Positions 15,501-28,386 of a stretch of 64,000 bases of DNA are shown piece by piece. Origin of the DNA: Trichoplax adhaerens. Taxonomy: Eukaryota; Animalia; Placozoa. A program made the position numbers and the translations under genes. How positions within the stretch are numbered: the first letter of the stretch is position 1; the number at the start of each line of letters is the position of its first letter. The DNA lies in NCBI RefSeq assembly GCF_000150275.1, contig NW_002060949.1:5141006-5205005 (forward strand). The letters are read 5' to 3'. The notes under the pieces are model-generated. The model saw only the letters and a program-made list of their open reading frames with translations, searched no databases and was not told the DNA's origin.

Positions 15501-18500
15501 GAAGAAGTTTAATTGCTCATATTGAATTACGTTAATCGATAGCATTTATATCGGATTCTTGGTCATCCTCGAATTTTTGAACTCTCTACAGTATTGTCAA
15601 TCCCACTCTATTTTATATAATTTAAGAAAAAAGCCTATTCATGAAATAATTAAAAGTAAATTAACATATCGCATTAAAACACAGCTGACGTCATATTTAA
15701 AATGCTTAATAAAGCAATCTCGGTTGGTTTTTGCTTTTAGATTCTTTCCATCTTGTTTCAATTTTGGATATTCTACTCATTGGAAGGGTGAATGAAGGAA
15801 AAATTACAAATGCCAACATGAATGAGAAATATACGGCACTAAATATCAGAATATACATTTAAATAAACGTAGAGAGTTTGTCGCTTTTGAATTTTTTCTG
15901 CACGGTCATCATTGGTTCTCACTTGTAAAATAGAAGTAAGTTGTAGTTAATGAAATGATCAATGATAATAAATTATTATTGAGGATCACAGCAGAAATGA
16001 TCACAGTAGCTGGTTTTCTGAGAGAGTAAAGGGAAAGAGATAATTTCAAACATGGCAATCATGTTTTCTATCATTAACGTGGTGAATATTGCACTATTTG
16101 TAGAGTAAGGCTATGAACTAATGACTGTCATCCAATTTTTAATTGAAAATTGCATAGAAAAGTTAGGATGGAAATAATGACAGAATCACGGTTTAGTTTC
16201 TCTTGGTGCTGCTAGTAGGCAAATGATAAGTCTTTCTATCACTAACAAAGCTAAAACTTATCTTTCTAAGTCTGTATCTACAAAAAGATTGATTACTCCG
16301 GACAGGCTTGTTCAATATATGAAAATACTATGTGGTCAACTGGTCAATGGCAATCATGACGATGAATTACTTTATCCAAAAACCAAGAAGCCACCATTAA
16401 AATGGATACTTAAGGAAAGGAAGAATTATTAGTTTAAATTAATAAAGATCATCATATCGATGAGTCTGATTCGTTTCTGTATAGAAATTGAAATTCTAAT
16501 ACAGCTGCAGGAGAAACTAAAATTAGAAGGGTAGTTAAAAGTTAAAGAAGGTATCTAATGTCTCGTAGGGCATTAACCAATTATATTATTAAAAAATTAT
16601 AAATTAGGTCGAAAATAGCAAAGAAAGAATTCGTTGTTTCTTTAATCCAGGTCCAAGATCAGTAGCAAGAAAAGAAGAAAGATGCTTTTTTTTCAGTTAG
16701 CCTCCATTACTTATATTAAATTACTTATTCTTCACTTTTAACGTTAGGTAGGAAACAACCAGGACAGTACTCTAGTATAGCTAATCATATACAGACATTT
16801 ATCATACCATACCTGTTCTAATTTAATTTAATTAGTTATCGTGAGATGGAAACTGTGACTTTAGCGGTTTAAAAACAATTTTAAAATCTGCTTGAGTGAT
16901 CATAATATAGTGAGCGCATTATCAATACTGTAGACATTTTTATTGATGAAGAAGCCTTTCATTATTACAACTGATGAGTATTATGGAATGATGCTATTAT
17001 ACTTTATAATGAAACGGCAGTAATCACTAATGATACTTTCCATTTATATATTCTTTATATTAATTTCCTCTTCTGTAATCTTTATATGTTAATCAAAGGA
17101 CCATTTAGCGTGTATTCCCAATTATGAAGCGGAAGGAGATTGGCCAACGTATGAGTTCAGTTAGCTATTGAGTAGAACTATCTTAAGAGGAACTTAACCA
17201 TTTATTGGGCAAGGTTAATCAATTACATAATCCATTAGGGCATTTGATATTGTTAATCATTTTGCTACCCAAGACGGACATTAAATTAGGAAAGAAAAAA
17301 TGAAATTGAAATGATTTCCCCATCATTAAGTTAATTCGATATTATTTAATAGAATAACAGTTTTCGATATTAAACTATATAATTAAATAATTGACTGATA
17401 CGATTTTTCTCATTACTCCGTTAGTTTAATATTATCGATACTTAGTCTAGGTACTACTGATTACGTTGATTATATGAGGATGTCAAGTATTAAATTTGGT
17501 TTTATGGTTTTTTTTATCGGGTATTAGAATAAGAAAAATAAAGCTGTATGGACTGGAAATTACTACTAGCATCCAAAATTGATAATGGAAATTATAAAGG
17601 ATAAATAAAATAGAATTTGACTGCCTTAATAATGTAACAATGTCAAGTATTAAATCTGGTTTTGTAGACATTTTAATAAGGTATTAGAATAAGAAAGCTA
17701 ATGTGATATAGACTGAGAATTGATACTAAGTATAACAAAATTGATAGTGGAAATTGCAAAGGGTAAATAGAGTGGAATTAATGATGAGGCTTGATAGCAT
17801 ATTATTCCTATTCTGACTGATAAGCTTTTAGAAGTTTAGAGAAAATTTTGCTGAGCTACTGTTATCCGTTTAATATTACTCTCATAAATTAGTATATCAT
17901 TGTTGTAAATAGCATAGAAAAGAATTAAACTAATTCTTTACAGAATACTTTATTCATGAAATAATTTCAAAATCAGTTATTAGTAATGACTAGACATCTA
18001 TAAGGATTCCATTACAAGTTAAGATACTAAATAGATATTAGCTGAAGTTGTAAGAATATTTTTTCGGTCCATGGTATACATTCGAACTTTTACACTGTTT
18101 TTGTATCTATATCTTTAGTATATTCCTAAAGATAATACCGTAATGTATTCTTTAACTTCCTTGTAGACTTTTCTGTTGGGCGGATAGAATACACGTAAGC
18201 TATATCTGCTACTTCTTAGATAGAATATTAGTAAATAGAATTTTATCATAGATCATATGGTACTGTGTTACTACTTAATCTCAACTATTAGCAATATCAT
18301 CCACATAACTCTTAAGGATGTATCTGAAAAAAGACACTTTCAATCTTTCTATCGAGTTACCAGCAATAGATCTTTGACTGGCCGTTGATCAGAATAGAAC
18401 ATGCAATTAATTTATTAATGTATCGACTACCTATGTAACGGTAACGCATAGAATACATTAAAATAATCTATATATTAATATAGTTACAGTCATCATTTTT

Positions 18501-21500
18501 TCTTATAGGATATTCAGTTTTGGTATAAAAATCTATCTCAAGTAAACTTAATAAAAATGATCTTTCCTCTTAAAACTAATCGCAGCTACCTTTAGAATGA
18601 ATGATTATCTTGCTAGTTGGTTATAATTCTCTATTGATGTATTTTCTTATTAAATAGTCAATTTTCTTCTAATCTATAATAGTTATGCCATCAAATTTGT
18701 TAACGATCTACTTCGCCTTATGAAAATGAGGTAAAAATTAATTATTTTCTATTTTTATGTAAGGAGCGATGCAGTTACTGATTGTATATGGCTTAGTCAT
18801 TATAAGTATTAGGAATTTAGCTTATGCTAGTATCATTAATATTCTAATGTAGTATTAAAAAATGTTACAGCCAATGTCAGTAATATAATTTGATACCATT
18901 TTTGATACTATCAATGTTATAACACATAGCAGCACTAAGTTATACACTACATAAATTGATAGAAATCGAAAGATATAATTATAAACGAATTTAATCGTTA
19001 TTTTCGATTGATAGTTCCTTCCTGAATGTACACGTAGGTTATTCTCTTCGCCAATATTATTAACGTATAAAATGACACTAATAGTTTTATGTAAAATTGA
19101 CAGAAATGGCAAACATGATCTTTAAATCAGTTAAATTGTTATTGGTGTTTGTAGTAAATTGACACAATTAAAAGTGTTTATTATGAAGGAGCGAAATCGT
19201 CCTCCCTCCTATTAATTGCGCCCGTTCCTTAGGCAGATTTTCTTTATTTATGCATAATATCATCATTCTAAATTAGCTTTACTAATAACAAATTAATACA
19301 AATAGAAAATAGGATATCAGTAAGTAGAATTTTTACTTTGTATTTAATAATATTCTTTCCAATGTAAAGATCAATTTTACTGTTGGTTCACTCTAAAATA
19401 TGGCATTTCTAGTTTCTTAGTAACATGATAGAGGTTTAAATGACAGACAGTATCAAATTAACATTGTAGGAATCAGTCTAATCGCGTCAATTTAAATCCT
19501 ACATAGTCTATCGCGGTACTGTGCATTACTGTTTCGAAACAAAGAAAGACTGAAGTGAATAATTCAAGAATAGTTTTTCGCCATCTTTTATTTGTCCCAT
19601 CCTGAATGCACTGGGTTATAATCTTCTTTTTTCACTTAGATAAATGACTGGTGTGATCAATTAGAAATGGTGAGTCATCATCCTCATTTGCCCAATTCTG
19701 ATTATAGTTGAACTACGTCGTCGTAGCTACTAAACTCTTACATAGCGTAGGGTTAGCGCATATTACTTCTACGATTCAATGTAACTGTGATTTGATGCCC
19801 CTCTCCATTAAAATATAACGCACTAATATCCACTTTGCTAGTCATCATATAACTAATAAAGAATGTTAAGTTAACATATTCGTTGGCTCTATTTAAATAT
19901 TATGTGACTTATTATGGTTATATACATTATATTTCGATATAGATATAAGATGGATCGCTATAATGGATTAAGCAATTTAATAGCAACTTATATACACATA
20001 CCATGAGTATTGAATAATTTATAACAGTATGTGTAGTACTCGTATTTTCGTGTAGCTAGATATAGATACCATAGATAAATAGGATACTCTAATAGTATCC
20101 AATTTTCGCCCTGTTTGAGTAGCACTTCATTGACTACAGTACGGTATGTATTTCAATTTCGAAATATGGATGGCTATGATTTATGGTGCCATTTAATGAT
20201 AATTTGCAATATTTCCCTCAAATTATGGATACTATATGAGTATATTATACAACGTATAAATATACTGCTTTACTTACATGCATTTATTTCGAATTATAAG
20301 AAGATTAATCGATTATGAATAAACAATGCGTTATTACGAAGTATCCCATTTTACCCTGATGTAAATGGCACATCGTCTATTGTAACTTGTAGGTGTGGAT
20401 AGTACTTACAGAATTCATTTTAGCCTATCTAAAGAATATCATTATGTTGTTGTTGCTCTATACAGTAGTACAGTTTTTAAGCATTTATTAGACTATAATG
20501 AGAGTAAACGATATATCTATTCCAACGTGTTCTATTGGCTGTTTAATTGACTCCGTTCTGAAATACTATGATGTTCATAATTTTGCGCCTTATTTCCATG
20601 ACAAAAATGACTCTGAATTATATATAAGTTACTTCCGTTTCGAAAGTAATTATGACCCTTAGGATGAACTTGAAAATTAATGCAGTATCATCATACTGTC
20701 GTCCTATTATACGTATAAGAATTACTGAATATTTTATGATCTGTTGTAGTTGCGATATTTTTATTTGTAAATATAAAAATGATGATCAATATGGTATGAT
20801 AGTCGAAAATAGTGTACTAGCATCTTATTTCGTTCTGCTATGAATACTTGATGATAGTTTGATCTGTTGTAAAATAGAATTATGGATAATATCTCGTTAA
20901 GTGCGTCTTAGATCAATGATATTAGATTGATATATAGCCGAGGATACAGTAGCATAGTCATTGCAGTAGTTTAGGATATGAAATTTGATAAAAATACATG
21001 CTGACTAACGTATGATGCATTCTATCTGTTCTCTACTTCCATGTCACAGATCACAGATATTTTCTTGTCAATAGTAAATTTTTCGTTTAACACTAATAAT
21101 ATCTCAGTAATCATTTTAAAATTGTTCTTTAAATCAACTGTGAATTTATCACGTATTTAAATTATTGTATTAATTCAGTTTCTATCGATAATAACTCTTT
21201 TGATTCTTTTAATAGTCTTCAAGTGATAGAATAACATACTGAACTTGATTCTGGCGCTATAATCTATTATTACATTATACTTTATTCATACAGACGAGAA
21301 TAGAAGTCTATTTTAAATTTTAGACTGAAAAGATTAGCCTGTTATTAATTCTAGACATTAAAAATTCTTTCTATATTAAACGTTTCAGCCATTGATACGG
21401 TGATATTTCTCTACTTATTATTCAAGATCTTTCATAGATTAAAAAAGAAATAGACTGTCAAGACAGTAAAATGGATGATGGAAAAATTAGGATAGAAGGG

Positions 21501-22729
21501 AAAAAAATAAATGATATTAGAGTGCAATATTACGGAAAGAAAAAGAAAAATTGTCAGATTATACGGATAATAGACGCATATCGTCCCACTCGATAGCTAT
21601 ACGATAAATGAGTGACTAATTTTCACCGACTTAGAAAATCTTATTTTTGTTGTATTTGAGAAGGAATGGAAATGATTAAAGTAAGATTGGAAACAAGTAA
21701 GCAAAATAAAAAATACTTTCCTAATGTTTCCCAATGTTAATCTTATTCGCTAGACGTATATACGGTTGAAAAAGCGATAGACAGTAAATGCAATCTTGGT
21801 GATATTGAATGGCTATACTGACGATCATGATATAGATTATATTGAAAGAAAAACCTTAGACAGTTCAAGATAGTTTCCATCCTATCTACTGTCAGTGCAG
21901 GTATTGCAAAGTAACGACTTCTATAATACAAAACTTTATCATACACTTTTATTTTTTCGCTTACCTGTGAGCCCATATCGGTTAAATTGATTCGTGATGA
22001 TAGAGCCAAGATCAAGATATGGCTAATAGCTGTTGCCGCATTCAAAATGATGCACCAACTTAATCGCAATGGTAACATGGTATAAAGAGTAAAGGTAAAA
22101 AATATTTGAAATCCAATGTAATCAGACGGAGAGATGGGGATATTACTTGCATATAAGTTGGCAAATAATTGACCGAATATTAATGCCCAAAGTAAATGGG
22201 GTATAAATGATAAAATAGTGTTATTTAAGACTTTACTTTTCATTAGTATTAGTGTAATAACATTGCACAAAGCGAAACTACCAGTAATAGCTAGTTGATT
22301 TGCTCGTATATTTTTTAATCGTTCAGTTGTACTATTAACTGCATAGACAACATATAATATAAATAGGCCAACATTGACTAAAAATGTTAGTGCCATTAGG
22401 ATTTCTAACGATTGCATCTTTTGACGTGAAAAATAACGTTGATAAATACTTTCTAATAACTTGGATTCAAAGCGTAAGTTTAACAAGTTAGGAATACTGC
22501 AGCCTATAAAACGATGGCGATAATTCCGTTTAGTTAATTGGGTATTGAGTGTATGATTATTGTGTTGATTAGTAGCTGTGTCAAAGTCGGTTGATTTTCT
22601 AGCAATACCGACGACATGACTGCTATTATTACTGGATGAATTTTTAACGTCGACTTGAACATTGGAAGTTGTTAATTCAGTTTCATTATAACTTAAATCG
22701 GTGTGCATTGGCTTGATTGGAGTACTCAT
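3509..22729 (-). CDS. ADCY3: Transmembrane adenylyl cyclase, type-3-like (~1090 aa, 22 coding exons)
   Basis: Phase-compatible GT-AG exons, 5' to 3': 22729-21965, 11747-11598, 10749-10616, 9809-9698, 9501-9374, 9233-9072, 8910-8769, 8504-8425, 8339-8268, 8114-7959, 7685-7598, 7381-7265, 7123-7022, 6553-6375, 5768-5681, 5537-5496, 5398-5291, 5153-5007, [gap]-4764, 4640-4526, 3940-3816, 3664-3509. C1a motifs: [49 protein letters not shown]2a motifs: [42 protein letters not shown]. Two hydrophobic blocks are present. LRFLNE and KPHYD are AC3-type residues, so family assignment is firm and the subtype is likely. Confidence 0.92.
4787..4886. other. Assembly gap (100 N) covering most of one adenylyl cyclase C2a exon
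   Basis: A run of exactly 100 N. The lower flank encodes GIAPEPE followed by a gtaa donor on the minus strand. The upper flank reads ...tata on the minus strand, as expected for a tatAG acceptor truncated by the gap. Confidence 0.95.
12291..12524. repeat. Degenerate tandem duplication, 2 copies, ~124 bp period, in the large adenylyl cyclase intron
   Basis: Copies start with gatcaaaat at 12291 and 12415. They share atagaatg.ttgttttctagt.aaa.gt.atgcaaa.atat...gaatatgaa.aag.t.acacta...gacta.tgt.acttta. Confidence 0.8.
17481..17779. repeat. Degenerate tandem duplication, 2 copies, 160 bp period
   Basis: tgtcaagtattaaat.tggtttt...ggtattagaataagaaa...caaaattgata.tggaaatt begins at both 17481 and 17641. 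Confidence 0.85.
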
Positions 22730-22999
22730 GGTGGATTACGTCGTTAGGCAGTCAGTTAATATAAAATTCTTAAAAATTTGTCCTTGACTCTGGAAATAAT
22801 GAATCGTTTTATTAATGTTGGGAATGTAGTTTCTAATTTTTTCTTTCCTGATGATGTCTTGATTGGTAGACGACCACAATCGTTAAAGGTAATGATCTTG
22901 TTGTTGTAATTAGTATTATTTATTTTGGTCCTGCTATTTCAATTTAGCTATTTTTTTTTATTGTTGTTGAAGATGATGGTTGAAGACAGTTTATTAGTC
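22730..22999 (-). other. 5' UTR part of the first coding exon of the adenylyl cyclase
   Basis: Minus-strand acceptor tttttatatttctcAG at 23000-23001. The 270 nt between it and the ATG contain no minus-strand ATG, although several would be expected at this base composition. Confidence 0.6.
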
Positions 23000-25298
23000 C
23001 TGAGAAATATAAAAATATCTCCTTGTTACTAGGTTAACAAAATCAAGTTGTTAAGCAACGCTAATAATGTTAGACGACATAAATTATAAGGCATAAGAAT
23101 CAAGACTACTCAAAAAAATAGTAGATGTTAACGCTGATTGAATTGAACATAGCACGTTAATTTTGTGTAGAAAAAAAATTAGACTTGGATAATAAAGTAG
23201 ACTTGGTGTCTAAGGTCAATCGTCTCAATGAATGCAATTTGAACCTTAAGACAGAGGATGATAGAAGAAGAGAGATAGTAAGACGAAAAAATGAAACAAT
23301 CAAGTTATAGAAGAAAATTGAGTCTAGGCTATCAACCTATTAACAAATTAATTACTAGAAGAAATTACAGTAAGAAAGAGAAATTATCAGTTTTGGAATA
23401 CAATACTTTCCTATATTGTGGTATAAGTTACACACATCGATACAAAAAATATTTTAAAGTTACTAACATATCATAGAAAGAAGTTGTACATTATAATTTT
23501 CTACTTATCATTTTTCTAAAATGTTGGTTATTACTTTTACTAACTTAATATATGTATCTGGAATTTTTACGAATGGTACGTGATGGCTGTGATAATAATA
23601 TCTATCTTAGATTTTTACTTGAAACCCAAGATATGATCTTAGAGGCTATCTATTCATTTCCTTGAGAATTTTATGACATTGATGTGGTTATTTATTTTAA
23701 CATATATTTTTCAACTTACCTTTTTAAAATATGTCAAGTTCTCCCATACCAATTTACGATAGTCAGTTTCTATAAAATGGATGTTGTTATTTCTTATATC
23801 CCCCAAAATATCTATCTTATATAAGTTATAACGGTTTTAGTTGAGTTTATTGAAAACGGATTTATGGAGTAACGACCAATAGGTTGAGGCCAACAACAAA
23901 AAATGGAATAAAGAAAAACTAGCCGTCAATAGTAGTGGGATGTTATCTAAAAATATAGGAGAAGGAAGCGAATTAAAAATTAGGGACAATATCGTGGTTA
24001 TAGGTTGAACTGCTTGAAATTGATGAACTCTCTTTGCCAATAATGTCCAATGCGACGTTGTTGAAATTGTATTATTAATCGGAAGTAATTGGGCGATATT
24101 TTAAAGGTCTGTATTTTATTCTAATCTATGCGTGTTATTTTTTCTGTGCTGTATGTTATACTGTATACCTCTAACAGTATCCAAGAGAATCAACTAGCCA
24201 ATAGCTAGGAATAACTGATTAAGTTCGAGACATTAAAATGAAGTTTTTCCTTTAAGTTCTATTCATAGAATAGTATCATGACGACATTAACTCTTTGTTA
24301 TAAAATACAAATACTACTGTATGTTGAGTATAGAATTGGGCCAATGGAGAAATTTAACTTATCAAATACTATGGTAATCAGGCCGAGACATTGAGCTCAA
24401 GATTGAAATTACTTAAATGGGCTGGATAATAATAATAATATACACATGAGACAATACAAAATTTATTGCGCTTAAGCAATAGAATTTTGTATTGTTATTT
24501 ATCCAATCTAATTATCTCATTGTGCTACTAGTATGATCGGTATACTTTTTAACAAATTGTTAATCGATTATGTATATTCATAATTTATTCATCGCCATTG
24601 CTTCAGTAAGGATAGTACTCTGGGTTTACTTGGATACGCTAGAGCAATCTTTATTACCTACTGTACATAAGGGATGAGATAGGGAATATAGTAGATGAAT
24701 GATGAAACATAGTACGATGTATTATTGCTTGGACATAGTATAAATTATCTACAATCAACTGATTCATCATTTCTCCAGTAATGATTGTATATAAATTTTT
24801 GATATTTAAAGATCAGAAATATCTTTATCGGATAGTTAAGGTATTGATAATGATGAAACTCTTAAAAAATATGTTGAAGTAGATGATAGCGTAGAATCTA
24901 TAGATACAGTGGGCTTGACTTAAGTGTATCCAGTGATGAATAATCCAACGTTACGTTAAAACGCTTAAAAGCCTTTAATATTTAAGTTAGAAGATTTGCC
25001 GTATAATATGAGCAATTTAAATTACTTTATTCATCCCCGATCGCATCCAGTAACGATACTTTGTTAATTAGGGATAAATTTCAACATTGGAAGTGCTTTC
25101 GTATGTATCGTAGTAGAGCAAGGCAAGGTTAATGATGAAACATGTCATGTTATTGGAGTTGTTTAATAACAAAAATACAGCTGGTAAACATTACTGATTA
25201 GGTGAATTTTAGTTTATTGATCTCTTTTTTCTGTCTAACAACGATAGTTTAGGTAGGGTTATATTGAGTATCAGAAATATTTTTATAATACAGATTGC

Positions 25299-25841
25299 AA
25301 TAGGAAGTACATTGATGACTAAACATAGTAAGAATAGTTTCACATGAAAGATAGGAAAATCGAAATTGTGTAGATTGATGAACGTGCTACGTTCCTTAGC
25401 GCTGTGATAATCGGGCATGGCATTACTATACGAGTATAGTGAGAAAGTGATCTTTAAAATTGATTTACCACACTAATAGGAAGTACATTGATGGCGAAAT
25501 ATAGTAAGAATAGTTTCACACGAAAGATAATAAAGCTGAAATTGTGTAGATTGGTGAACATGCTTCGTTCTTAAGCGTTATGAGAATAGAGTGTGGCGTA
25601 AAATACATCACTATACGAGTATAGCGTGAAAATTAATCTTTAAAATTGATTTATTATATTAACAAGAGGCACATTGATGAAATAAACATAGTAAGAATAG
25701 TTTCACACGAAAGATGATAAAACCGAAATTGTGTAGATTGATGAATATGCTTTATTCTTTAGTGCTGCGAGAGCAGAACATGGGGTAAAAATGTATCGCT
25801 ATATGTGTATAGTGAGAAAATTGATCTTTAAAATGAATTTA
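25299..25841. repeat. Degenerate tandem repeat, 3 copies, ~176-186 bp period
   Basis: Copies start at 25299, 25475 and 25661. Each contains acattgatg...atagtaagaatagtttcaca.gaaagat...gaaattgtgtagattg.tgaa...tatag.g.gaaa...atctttaaaat. Confidence 0.92.
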
Positions 25842-28194
25842 GCATAGATAGAAAGATAAGACAGCCCTGCTGCATGGAATAAGTGTAGATAAATTTATTC
25901 TTATTTTCAGCTTAGTAACAGTTGACTAGTAAATAGATACGAAGAAAAAGCGAATGTTACCGCATACGAGAAGGTATAACAAAGGTTGATTGAATAGTAT
26001 GCAAAGATGACGGTATAGCACATAACGTGGGTATTAATTCGGTGAGTTGGGACAATATATGTTTTTATTATTTTTCCCTAGGCTTCATTCTAACCGACCA
26101 ATATTCTAAAATAGGATCTGTTCAGATGACGATAATGGAATAGGCATAATTGGCAAATAATATTGTCACATGATATCATCAATGAATGCCAGAATTAGTA
26201 AATAAATTGTACACAGAATATGCTAATATACGAGAATAAGTGTAGTGTTGTTAAAAAAGTAATATAATTAATTAATTTTCATCATCAATGTCATAGAATG
26301 AGACTTTTCTGTGTCTAGTTCACATAAATTCACTTTCTTGGATTGTAGTAGAGTACCTAATGTAAGACGAGCAATATAATTCCTTTTTGAAAGCTTCAAT
26401 TTATCTAGCAGTAGTTTGTATGTACGTATATATACAGTATACGAGTATGTGAGTTATGTATTTAAGGAAATCGGTGACAACGGTCATAAATAGATCAGTT
26501 CTATGTTATAAAGACGTCAAATTATTGATGAAGAAATAGTCAGTAACTGACTATAGCCTTTTTTTTGGGGGGGGGGGCTAATCTATGACTCAAAATATAT
26601 TGTAACAGATTAAAACGTGTTATTTATGCAAGTTGATGTAGTCCAATATTTTTAATTGAATTGTTGTTGATCATGCTAAATCCTATACGCTGTTGTAGTG
26701 GTGTATCAATATTGATCATCGTTGGCAGAAGAGTGGTAGATACGGTCTTCCAAAACATGATTAATTTATAAATTATGAAACTGTTACTACCGTTGAATCA
26801 AGAAATCGAAATGAATTGTACTAATATTACGATAAAAGGATATTAATCAATTTTGATCCGTAGAAATAGCTTGTAAAGCATTTGTAGGCGAAATAGGACG
26901 AAGTTCTTCGCTACTACCGTAGGGAAGAATAATAAAGCTAATAGTGAATACGATCAATGCTGTACGCCTACAAAGTGTGACTATTGTCGTTCAACAAAAC
27001 AATTTGAAAATTGTAATAATATACAATGGGTCATTGAATATACTGTCCTGTAGATGAGAAGGATGGGCTTTTTGTGCGTTCATAATTTGCGATTTTGAGT
27101 TTCTATCTACTATGCAAGGCTCTCAGAAGATTTATGTTTTCGCAGTTCAAGTTGCTATAATGCAATAAAATAGACGAGGATCTTCTTCCTTAGTAAAACA
27201 GTTATACAGTACTTACTTGGGAAGCTTGCAGCTTGGTGGATTACGCGCAATTAAACGTTTGTAATCATAAATTATAGATGTATATTATTGCAGCACGTGA
27301 ACATATTATCACAGCGTAGATACTTGAAGATAGCTGGTAATGAATGTACATGGAGGGGTTACTCTTTGCTCTTTTGATATTACGGTATATCTATGAAAAA
27401 TTCTTGTCTGTTGCAGATATACTCGTCAATAGCCAACATTATAAAAAGAGTACTTGTATTGGTTACACTGACAGGTTCAAAGCAGATCGGATTATACGGA
27501 TGCAATAACCACGTAGTGACCACTTTAACTTTTATATAATTTTGTAGCATTGACCCGGACGGTACAGTAAAATGATGGACTTTTACGAATAATCTCACTT
27601 TTAGTAGTCTATGTTGAAGCACAGGTTTCACAGCAATAGGAGAAACTGGCCCCACAAACGCACAGGATAGAAAGGGCGAAATGAAGAATACTGTACAATT
27701 AGATCAGCTTAATTAAAGGGGTTCGATCATACAGTACTGCCGCAGCGCAAGCACGAATCGGTTATTTATTGGACACTAACCAAATATACTGGTACAATGT
27801 AACGTAACGACTATAATAAGAGTATGTAGGAATAATATAGAGTAGCTGATTACATCGATCCAATCGCTCTTCTTCTCTTAGTACGTATCCAGATTGAGCT
27901 ACTCGATTCAAAAGTAATGGCACTCCTGTTTATTCTTGAGCAACTTGAATGGTTGTTTCTATTGTCGTATTCATACAGTAAGTATAATCGTCCAAGAATT
28001 TAATGTGTCTGAGAAAAGAATAAGATAGAGAACAAAAACTGCCCATAATTAATATACTGTAAGCAATAAAAGGGTACACTGCAAAGTGTGGCAATGCAGT
28101 AAAATATTCTGATTACCCCCTCCATTAATCTCGTTTCGGAGAAAATTCAAGGTAATTCATTATCCATTTCCTTACGATTTTAAGTCCAGTTCAC

Positions 28195-28263
28195 GCCACG
28201 CCCCTGGAATAGTGGTCTTCTATACTGTAGTACTGTGATAGACCACTCTTACAGGGGCGTGGC
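28195..28263. promoter_or_regulatory. GC-rich inverted repeat (69-nt hairpin) carrying two inverted GGGGCGTGGC Sp/KLF-like boxes
   Basis: gccacgcccctg (28195-28206) pairs perfectly with caggggcgtggc (28252-28263), and the inner agtggtct pairs with agaccact. The stem is 24 bp with 2 mismatches and the loop is 21 nt. The structure is observed; the function is inferred. Confidence 0.6.
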
Positions 28264-28293
28264 AAGCCCTCTAAAAGATGTTCATCTCTATTA

Positions 28294-28386
28294 TACAGTA
28301 CTGTACGGCGTATAGTGTACACTGTACAGTCGAGACCCTTTAGATTGTACACTATACAGCACAGTACTGTACTGTACTGTACAGTA
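28294..28386. repeat. TACTG/CAGTA pentamer cluster on the adenylyl cyclase side of the ADCY/RAD21 divergent region
   Basis: tacagtactgtac...gtgtacactgtacagt...cagtactgtactgtactgtacagta. Confidence 0.85.

Noticed and set aside
11748-21964. Possible nested gene in the 10-kb intron (short ORFs at 14564, 15559, 16223, 18855, 20115, 20652)
   Set aside because: No recognisable domain and no consistent exon chain by eye. A small nested gene cannot be excluded without RNA data.
26559-26577. T8-G11 homopolymer junction
   Set aside because: An isolated homopolymer with no flanking structure or retro-insertion hallmarks.
27715-27770. ggttcgatc resembling a tRNA T-loop/B-box
   Set aside because: No cloverleaf stems or A-box can be built around it.
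28195-28263. hAT transposon terminal repeats (CAGGGG...)
   Set aside because: The CAGGGG ends are at the inner edges of the arms, not at element termini. No partner repeat, target-site duplication or transposase was seen.
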